64,000 nt of DNA from Ylistrum balloti (lineage: Eukaryota): NCBI RefSeq assembly GCF_031769215.1, contig NW_026782115.1:682001-746000 (forward strand). The letters run 5' to 3'. Below are positions 13,867 to 23,600 of this stretch, piece after piece. Numbering within the stretch: the first letter of the stretch is position 1; every line of letters starts with the position of its first letter. A program made the position numbers and the translations under genes. The notes beneath the pieces are model-generated. The model was not told the DNA's origin and did no database searches. It saw only the letters and a program-made list of their open reading frames with translations.

Positions 13867-14246
13867 ATTACCAGACAGCCCTAACAGAAGTGCAAGGCCA
13901 GGGACATCTGGTAATATCCAGTACAACACAACCACCAAATACAACAACAGAACTGGCCTGGTGCAATGCCAGTAGTCAACAAGAAAACAGCCTGTGTGCA
14001 ATGCTGTATAGTGACAGCGATACCTGTTTAATCGTAGCACAGAGACCACAGTGAAACTTCCTTAGAGCAGGATACAAAAGAATACGGTGTATTAATCATA
14101 ACACATGCTGTTAACACCCATTCCGTTTTTGGATGAAATTGTTACTGGTCATCAAAATACATATCAAAATAAACAGGTTTCACTGCACAAAACAAATAAG
14201 ATACAAAAAAAATAAATGGATACAACCAGCTGAAGTGCAATGCTGG
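13867..14246 (-). promoter_or_regulatory. Array of U1 snRNA stem-loop II-like hairpins in the SNF/U1A 3' UTR (putative autoregulatory element)
   Basis: mRNA sense: CCAGC-AUUGCACUUCA-GCUGG (14246-14226); ACAGC-AUUGCACACAG-GCUGU (14007-13987); ACUGGC-AUUGCACCAG-GCCAGU (13973-13952); and a long stem with loop CUUGCACUUCU (13915-13867). Confidence 0.8.
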
Positions 14247-14377
14247 ATCGACTAACTTAATATATTGACAATTTTGAATGATGTATAAAAAGAATGATAA
14301 GAAATTGCATTATGATCATGATATGGGAAAGATTTCTTGTATAAAGACTTCATCTGCATCTTTATATGACCATTTGA

Positions 14378-14485
14378 ATGTAGTAATGTCATTACTTTTT
14401 GTATGTAGCAATGTCATTACTTTTTGTATGTAGCAATGTCATTACTTTTGTATGTAGTAATGTCATTACCTTTTGTATGTCATTA
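14378..14485. repeat. 24-25 bp tandem repeat, four copies plus a partial, in the SNF/U1A 3' UTR
   Basis: Unit atgtag(t/c)aatgtcattac(t/c)ttttgt at 14378, 14403, 14428 and 14452. Confidence 0.95.
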
Positions 14486-14653
14486 ATAAGTCTGGTCAAT
14501 TCAATATTTAATCTCAACATTTCTATGAAGAAAATCAATTTGGAATAATATTTGCACAGAGCAATGATCATGATTTCCTGGACACACCCCTCGCATCTAA
14601 CACATTCATGCACACATGAAAAACACACCAAAGACAGCACCATGTTATATTGT

Positions 14654-14813
14654 CTACTTCTTGGCGAATGAGATTTTCATGGCATTGCTAGGCGTGATCT
14701 TGAAGCCCTGTAGGGCATCCTTAGCAGCAGCAGATTGAACCTCATTTTCAAATTCAACGAAAGCAATGTCATGTCGACCAGGCACCAATCGCACTTCCTT
14801 GAATCCAGGAAAT
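14654..14813 (-). CDS. SNRPA: SNF/U1A coding exon 6 (RRM2 C-terminus, stop)
   Basis: [55 protein letters not shown]. Confidence 0.96.
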
Positions 14814-17800
14814 CTACAAGGAGAAACAAAACATGAATTGTCTTTTTATATTAATATATCATCAATCTTAACAGTTATTTTCACATCATTCAAACAATGA
14901 GGAAGGTGAGAAATTAGCTTCATCTTTTCTCTTTAAGCATAATCAGATGTTGGAAATACATCAGATATTACTATATTATACATATGTTGAATGGGTTTGA
15001 GGTTAACATGTGTTATGTTTAACAAGAGGACTAAACTGTTGTCTGAGGCCAAAGGAAACAGTGTGGTCTGCAGGTTCAGCATAAAACATCCAGTCTACAC
15101 ATGTTTTGTTATACCTCTATCACTGACATCTAAGAGAACGAATCATTACAGATATATATAAAGATGATGGCAGAAATTGTCAAGTAATAACCGGAGAGTA
15201 CAGCACAGTAATGAGCTGTGATGTAAGCAGTCAACATCGAGAAGTTGACAGGTAACCATTGTCATTGGGCAAACATCTAGAATTTCAGGCTTTATTCACT
15301 ATAGAAAAGTATAGGAAATGAATAGTATGGTGTAACAAAATATAATGTTCAATACAGAAAAACATATGGAAATTATTCCATCTGTTTGCTAATACTTTTC
15401 ATTCTGAAACATCAAAACTATGACCGCAGAAAATTTGTTTGAATATGTATCCTGCCATACAATATACATTGTGACTTAGTAACTGGAAAATTAATCTTTA
15501 GCATAAATTATTATAATATTATATTATTTTATTAATAAATTAAGTATTTTGAAACATATACCGAACAATCCTATGTAAGTTACGTACTGATTAAACAACA
15601 TGGACAACATCATTTCATTGGTTTCCTCAGGCAGGTTTGTTAAGAACAAGATCTGGTTGGGTGGTTGTTCAGGAATAGCTGTAGGAGCTGGGGCTGCAGC
15701 GGCTGCTGGTGCTGCTGCTGCTGTAGAAAGAAAAACTCACATTAAACAGGCAAACAGAATCAAATCATTCTTAGGTGAGATCACAACCAACCCATCTTAT
15801 ATTGAAGAAGGCTACCTGGCAGTAGTTTCTTCAGAGTATGCTCCTGACTACCTAAAATATGACAACTCGTGAGTGACAGAACATGTCTACTTTTCGTTAA
15901 GACTCTTCAGATTTAATGAGAAGGACTTTTGACTTCTGCAACTGCTACAAATATTACAAAAAAGTGAAAAGGTCAGCTTGAAGATTTGTCACACATATAA
16001 GGATCTCAAATATCATTTACTAAAAGACTGTCACAATCTACACCCTGTATTTCATATGTTACTACTTTTTGTACTACTCTAACCACCAACATCATTCAAT
16101 ATCAGTGACACTTCCACAAACAAAACAGACCAGTTCTATGAATACTTACCTGGCTGTACTTGTGGTGCCATCGGCGCGACTTGTTGTACTTGATTCAAAA
16201 CTGGGGCAGCTGCTTGTCTGTTGGAACACGGAAAGAAAGATCATTATCCAACATTATGTACAGGTACAATGTTTTAACTTCTAAACTATCACTTATATTT
16301 ATCTTATTGCCAAAATAGCATTCAAATATTTATCTGCATTGTAGCATTGGAAAAATTAATATTTTATCAATTCCCAAATTTTGCAATTTACATCGGATAA
16401 CTTCCTTCCTGATTCAACAATTTTATTCCTAAAATGAGGCTAAAATGCTTCATCCCAAACTAGTGAAAAAAGACTGACTTGTATCAAGACTTTAACAACT
16501 GTGAAAGATCAATGGTATATTATGAATGATTGTCTTTTGTAAATAAAGTTTAAGTACAGTTACAATGAAATCCTGATACAAAATCTCAATGACATCTTAC
16601 TTTTGTGCTGCATTCTTTTTCTTAGATTTTTTGGCTACCTCTCCCTCCTCTTCCTTCTTTCTTTTTGGGCGCTCCACAAAAGTGCCTTTTATTTTAGCAA
16701 TGATGTCCGAGTCTTTCTTAGAATATTGAATTCTCTACAAGAAAAATGTACCAAGTGAATCAAGCTGATCAGCTATGTAAATGATCTTTGTTTCTGCAGT
16801 CCTTAAAAAAAACCTAAAATATAGGTACATTTATGTTTCTTTATGTTACATCTCTACATTTTTTATTTAATTAAAATCTAATACTGATTCCGTTCTTTAC
16901 AAACATCTGAATAAAACCAATTAAATTTTTAATAGTTAGTGTGAATTTTTTGAAGATTAATGTTTAATATTTACATAACAAAATGCATTAACGTGCCATC
17001 AGATATACTTCTCGTTATATCTAAACTCTCAGAAGTATTTCGAAAAACAAATGGCACAGTCTATGAACAGATCTGTAACGTCAAAGCTCAAGTTTTCACC
17101 ATTATAATATACCACCTAAGCTTAGAGTGTTGAACAGTTTGAACGACACCACCAAGCTCTCAGAGCACCGGGCAGTAGAGACTGTATCATCATAAATTTT
17201 ACCATTGGTTTGTCATAGAAAGGGAATCCCTGCATTGATCTTATAGCATTGGTGGCACTGCTAATATCCTTAAATATAACAAACGCTTGTCCTCGCATCT
17301 TCAGTGTCTTCATAGCTACAATGTCTAGGATTTGTCCAAATTGGGAGAATATGGCATACAGTGATTTCTTCAGGTCTGAAAAACCGAAATAAAAAGGTAA
17401 ATGCAATTTTCCTTAAATTTGTTTTGTCAATCAATTTCTGTCTCTTGATATTTTATGAAAATTCATTGTCCATAAAAAATTAATCTACACTGCTGTGAGG
17501 AAAAAAAAAATGCAATTATTAAGTACTTCACAACAAATTATTTGAACCATTTGACTGTTCATATCGAGAAATGCCTATTCTTACTTTCTGACAAGTGTTA
17601 AAGCTTACTATCTGCAGCTAAAAGTAAAAAATTTTCCCAATTTATAAGTATTAAACACTTACAAATCATTCTCAATCTATCATAAACAGTAACAATAGAA
17701 ACATACAAGTTTATTCAAGTTTTCAACTTTTCTACCTTAAACAGAAGTAAGCTTATCATGGATTCAATGTGAACTAATGGTATGATGAAAACCAACATTT

Positions 17801-18203
17801 ATGAATACATTGAATGGTATATCTTTTTTTGTTTACTGAATTTATTAGTTTCATATTCAATTGACAATTTGACAAATGTAACAAATATTTTAATCAAATT
17901 GAATTAACTGTTTACTGACTTGGTATGAAAGAAGAATTTGTGATAATGCACTATTAATTAGAATCAGAAAAGACTAAGAAGCAAAATAAATTCTAAAAAC
18001 AATATTATAGCAAAATCTCTCAATGTGAAACTCCCTGGACATGGTCAATGGCAGTGAAGTGATTTGTCCTTAATTCCTCAATCATCAATTGTCTACTGCA
18101 TGCAAACGTTGCTGATTTCACTTTGATAGTAATACTTACCATCTTTCTTGATTTTTTCATTCAGGTTGTTAATGTAGATGGTTTGATTCGGGCGAATATC
18201 CAT
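14654..18203 (-). CDS. SNRPA: U1A/U2B''/SNF family snRNP protein (two RRMs), 243 aa, 6 coding exons
   Basis: complement(join(18140-18203, 17203-17375, 16601-16734, 16150-16217, 15588-15720, 14654-14813)) = 732 nt. All introns are GT-AG with consistent phases (1,0,2,1,2). Translation begins [57 protein letters not shown] and ends [50 protein letters not shown]...KISFAKK*. Equivalent to Drosophila snf. Confidence 0.97.
15588..15720 (-). CDS. SNRPA: SNF/U1A coding exon 5
   Basis: [44 protein letters not shown]. Splice sites ctacag| and |gtacgt. Confidence 0.95.
16150..16217 (-). CDS. SNRPA: SNF/U1A coding exon 4 (linker)
   Basis: [22 protein letters not shown]. Splice sites caacag| and |gtaagt; phases bridge exons 3 and 5. 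Confidence 0.9.
16601..16734 (-). CDS. SNRPA: SNF/U1A coding exon 3
   Basis: [44 protein letters not shown]. Splice sites ttgtag| and |gtaaga. Confidence 0.95.
17203..17375 (-). CDS. SNRPA: SNF/U1A coding exon 2
   Basis: [15 protein letters not shown]...RGQAFVIF (RNP1)...FPFYDKPM. Splice sites ttcag| and |gtaaaa. Confidence 0.97.
18140..18203 (-). CDS. SNRPA: SNF/U1A coding exon 1
   Basis: [21 protein letters not shown] (RNP2). Acceptor upstream at 18209-18210, donor G|gtaagt. Confidence 0.96.
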
Positions 18204-18879
18204 TTTATCTAGAAAAAAAAAATAAAAAAACAAAAAATAGTAATAAAACAATTATCCTCATAATACAGTCAATAACAAAACTCCAGCTCAAATTGAGAAC
18301 AGAGATTGACCACACAAAATTAAACCCCCAATTACTTAATCATATTTACATATTCAAATTTTGACTACCTTGAAGCTAGCTGTTGGGTTATTCTGAATTA
18401 TTCTAACGGTTTATTGTCTTATTATATCGTTCAGAAATCATTCACCAACACAAGACCGATAAAAAATGTTGATTATTTGTAAGAGTTGTAGATCACAATC
18501 AGAATGACAATCACATCACAACGTCAGAATAATTCGGTCTTAAATCACAAACCTGCTCCGTGAGAACACGGACCTAGATAAGATCAAAGTCCGTGATAAC
18601 AGAAACCAACAGACATGTACAAGCATCGCATATCCCTTCAAAATATCAGTTTCAAACCATTGGTATATGGACAGAATTGGTCGGTCGTGTCAACGAGCAT
18701 GTAAAATATCGTTAACTTGATAGTCGAGTTGAGGGGGGTGCTTTGTCGTCGATTCGTGTTCATATCTTAATGTCAACGGGTTATAAACAATTCGTTTGGA
18801 ATACAGCACTTCAGCTTCTTAATTACAAACCTGATATTTAGAGAAAGCTTCAATGCAAAAGTCGTTTACGAATCAGACA

Positions 18880-18960
18880 ACGAAGTAGAAGCCGGTACAA
18901 TAGAGCTAAGGCACGCACGTTGGACAACGTTTGCCGGAAGTTGAAGGCGCGCGAGTCGCT
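18880..18960 (-). promoter_or_regulatory. Probable SNF/U1A housekeeping promoter
   Basis: CpG-rich patch with ETS-type CCGGAAGT (18934-18941) and GGCGCGCG, about 700 bp upstream of the ATG and next to candidate 5' UTR exons. Confidence 0.45.
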
Positions 18961-19917
18961 TCATAGGTTAACACTAAAGTAAAAAAAAAGAAATATCCGG
19001 AATTATTTTTATCTTATTTCTGCCAGATGTTAATCGGGTTCAAGGAATTTGAAGTTTAGTGAGACACTAAGCAAATAATTCTTGTCTTATTAGTTTTTAT
19101 TCAAGTTGCGTTTCGCTTCATTATACAGTATATCACAAACGCCAATGCCCCTTCAAGCGCGTACATAGGTAGATACATAGTGATATAATAATCAATAGCC
19201 GCATGCCTTGTGGTTAAGGTTATTTTAATTATTTTTGTCCTTTTGTTATATGAATTTTAAAAATGGAAACCACCTATATTATATATATATTGCTCTCCAA
19301 TGCCGACTTCTATTAAAGCAGGCATAGGGCTCCAAGGGGTTTTCTCGCTTACCCATCTATTACATGCCGTAAAAAGGATAATGGAGATGTGCTGCGGTCG
19401 GGTTCCATTTTGTCCTTTTCGGATGAGACTACACTCAAAGTTCATTGATCGATGTCCTGTTTTCTCCGATGTCGGTCTTAGAAATACAAATTTTGTCAAT
19501 TTATTTTAAAATAAATTTACCGTAACTATATAAAAGGTATTGGTCTGAACTATCATCATACAGATACAGACTTGTAGCTATAAAGTGTTACCAAAACGGA
19601 ACCCCTTTACCGTCATGCTTCACACTTGATTTATCTCGTATTAACTAAACATTATTTTGTTTTCTTTTTAAAAAAAAATAGCATGCATTCTGCGGAGTAG
19701 AGCCTTACACTGTTGTCATTGAGGTCCAGTGTTTTGACCTGGCGAAGGAACACTTAAATTTGAATTTAAAACATGAAAACGATTTTTATATTCTATTCTA
19801 CTTCCGGTGACCGACCTACCAAAGTTTGTCAGTGTCACCGTCATCAAATGAAAAAAAAAGAAGGAAAAAAAACAGAACATGTGCGTTATGACTTAAATAT
19901 AAACACGAAATAAGGCG

Positions 19918-20627
19918 AAAACAAGAGGTCCGCATGGCCAGTATCGCCCACATGGTTTTACTTTACCCAATCTAAAGGAAACTGATTTTAATCATTCTTA
20001 AAACACTGTCATTTCTACAGTATAAGTACTTCAGAATTTGCTTTATCATTTTAGGTCCCTCTCCGTGGGCTAGTCCAGACCAAAAGTGAAGTTCTCTTTC
20101 ACCTAAGGATGCTCTAGGCGGGCCTACATTTCCCCTTTTGGGCCTGGCTCCTGCCACCCCAGGGAACTACGACCAATCATTTATATGAAATTAATCTCTA
20201 CTCATTAACGGATACCAAATTGGAACAGAATCTAAGAATTCGTGTAGAAGAGAGATTTTAAAGGATCTGCTCTATTTCCTATAATAGGCGCCGCCCCTCC
20301 GCCCCAGGGGGGCACTGTTTATACAAAATCTAATCCCATTCACACCAGAATGCTTAAGCCAAAATAAAAAACAAAATCTAATCATTCCTATAGAACGGAA
20401 ACGATTTTAAAGAATTCGTCAATTGTTTTGGACCCTCCCCTCAGACCTCTGGGGACCGAGAAAAAGTATTTATACAACTTCCCTTAAGGATGTCCCTGAC
20501 CAAATTTGGAAAAAAAAACCGTTCCGGCGTTCATAACTAGTAGCGATTTTTAATTACGAACGCCAGGCGGACGACGGACACTGGGCCATGGCATAAGTTC
20601 GCCGGTACTTCTTCGGACCAAGTTATA
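19918..20627 (-). mobile_element. Non-autonomous Helitron/Helentron-like (HINE/pearl-type) element
   Basis: One end reads aaaacaagaggtccgcatggcc. The other end reads, on the minus strand, ggtccgaagaagtaccggcgaacttatgccatggcccagtgtccgtcgtccg, i.e. a terminal stem-loop plus a gtcc/gacg microsatellite remnant. Internal ccaaatttgg and accccagggaac motifs are typical of this mollusc repeat class. Classification is from recalled architecture, not a search. Confidence 0.6.
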
Positions 20628-23600
20628 TTCCGTGTTCCTGTCCACATCATAACGGAGCGGAAATGTTTGTGATTTTTACTTATCAAAGGTGACACTAATA
20701 CCTGTGGACTTCTGTACAAGTCTGCCATAAAAATATTCTTTCTTTATTTTGTATTCGTACCAGTCTAATCTAATATAAATTAACATGGCGGTAGTTGAAA
20801 AATAAGAATATAGATTTCCATATCTTTGTCTTATTTACTATAAGTTCTTATCGGGAATAAACGCTTATTAACGTTTAATAAAGTCTTACAGAACGTGGTA
20901 GGGGAGTTAACTCTAGCAACCTTAACAAAATTTCCACGTGGTTATTGTGAATAGGTTTCGTAGTTTCCCGTCATATTAGTGTTTTAGGTAAATTAAATCT
21001 GAAATGATGGCGTGTCTTCGTATCAGATGATCCAGAAAAGTGTTCTGAATAAGACTCCTTTAGAATTTTATGTCCTCTTTTTCTCCTAAACTATGTACAT
21101 TGTTACCGTTACCTTCGATAACTTGTACTAACCGAATACACCCTACACTCTTAAGATGTCGTTTTAATGTCTATCTTTGTCTCCAGATTCGTCTGAGGGA
21201 TCTATGTTATGTGGTTAATACATTTTACAAGTCTGAGTATGTATGGTACAAGTATATAGTATACTACTTTCACCCGGGACCGAGGATGTGTATGACACGG
21301 AAGTGTTAAGTATTGCACTGAAACTTAAATACGTTAAGGCCTTTATTTATGGTAAAAACGCAATAAGCCCACACGGAACTATATTGTTTTAACTGATCTT
21401 ATTATAAAGTAGTAGAAAAAGACCGCATAGTATTTTCAATGATCCCTTACGTAGATGAAGGTAAAAAGACAGGTAAATGAACTCAGGTGAAATCTATAGT
21501 TAAACTGAAACTGACTGTAATTGGTTTTCTATTGTCTTCCTAAAACAACACCTTTCTTTGTTTCAAAAAATGGGCAAATCGGGAACATCCTCCTACGATA
21601 TAGTTACTAACGGAAGGCTGTTTGACTTCGTGTCAACAAGATTGAAAAAAAAGATCCGGGGATGAAGACAACTCACCGAAAGGACAAGAATAATGTAAAA
21701 CTATATGTAAATAAAACAGAAATGCACTACAGTGTTAATATACGGCAATCACTGCATAAAAAACGTCAGTCACCTACAGTTACCAAGACTATGTATGTCA
21801 CAGAATATATAGGAATAGTATCGGTCATAAATAATATTGTTCTCGTTGCAAGCAGGGATATCAATATTTAATTATTTTTTTCTCAAAAAGGAAAACAAAA
21901 TTATGATTAAAACACCAACGTTTTATACGTGTTTGGTATCACCTTTAAATGTGACGTCATACAAGTTCGACACCATAAGCTGAGGTTTCGCGCACCACAG
22001 TTGAGACTGTGAATGGATGAAGCACTTCAGTTGTTTCATGGTCAGTTTTACAGCTTTTAACTTACAGGTCTTGATTGTAATAAAGAAAACACATTTAATT
22101 TTTAAGTATATAGATAGACTTCACACACGTGACACATGTTTTCACTTGTTGGTGCATATATGATATTAAACAGAATATTCAACGTAACGCCATGAAATGC
22201 CAATGTCTATATATGTTGAAATTAAACTATCAACATTGATAATGATATATAGCAATGCATTATGACTTGATACAAGGCAAAAATTCCTTGATAGAAAGAC
22301 GTACTTACTTAAATCATGCACACATTTAGCAGGGCAGTGAATACAAATACAGTATATTTTGAAATCAAAATGATTGATCGCATTTTGATACGAATTTGCA
22401 TAAGAAATACTTAACACAAGAAACTAGAAAACACATGTAATGTTTGCCCATCACGTAATCATTCATCTGTAGTCCGGCGACGAGGTAGGTTTAAGTGACA
22501 TCTAGCAGTTTAAATCTCACCCATTTGATAAAAATACCCCCACTGTTATAATCACAACGTAAAGGAGTTGTTCAAATCTGTTTTACAATAAAATCCCGGA
22601 GACGACACAAAAGCACTTCACTGTTTACATGCTCGGTAAAAAAAGAAGAATGTCTGGTTGTATTTGCTCTGTACATTAATAAAGCGTAAAGTGACGAATG
22701 GATGTTTGAAAGGTATAGTAGTGTTCAGTTTTGTTTTACATCTGCAATGTCTACATTCAATATGTAGTGTATGTCGTTTGCACTTTACATAGGTACAAAA
22801 AAGAAGAAGGAAAAAAGAAAAAACAGCAGGGAGTGGAATATTTGATATAAGTTATTCGAAGATAAAGTAAACTTTATGACAAGTGCTGTATTAGTATTTA
22901 TAAGGAACTTAAGAGTATTACATTGAATCAGGCAATTTTGGCTCATTCACTCACAAATCGGATTTCAATATTAGGACTGAAGTGATTAGTATACAGAGGG
23001 TAATACTGACTCAGACGTTTGATTTTTGGCACCTCTTGCTATGTACTGGAGAATGTTCTTTTGACAACCAGATAAAACCTTACTGAGGAGTAGTCGGAAG
23101 TGAAGGTGCTGATCAGAACGAGTTTGTGTTTCGGATATATAACAAGTAAGTTATTTCTTTTCTTATTAGAAATATAGTTGTGTAATGTGAGTGAAACATA
23201 CATGTACATCAACGTTATTTATTTACTTATTTATATCTGACTGTGTGCTACATTGTGTACGACATCATCACAATATTCTATCTATACATATGTGTAACAC
23301 GTTATGAATACAAGAATGATACGCTTCTATATTATTTTACTTAGGAATCGTTTACGAGAATCTGTTAGTATTTTATTGATAATGAATCTGTTTAGAATAA
23401 TATTTTCAGGGTCACCTATTAATTTGTAGATACTTGGAATCGACTATAAGTCCATACATGGCACATATTTACGATATACTAATATACAAGATGATAAGAG
23501 TCATTATTAAAATTATCTTAGAGATATTCCTATATCTTCAAAATGGCTTAAAGGGGAAAAACTGCAATAATACTCAATGAGGACTAGACCCGAATCATAT

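Noticed and set aside
15600-15872. Plus-strand 90-aa Ala/Gly-rich ORF
   Set aside because: Antisense shadow of SNF exon 5.
15803-15886. Hairpin followed by AGAGTA and a downstream ACA, resembling an H/ACA snoRNA in an SNF intron
   Set aside because: The best fit is antisense to the host gene, the first hairpin is too short with no pseudouridylation pocket, and the second hairpin is unconvincing.
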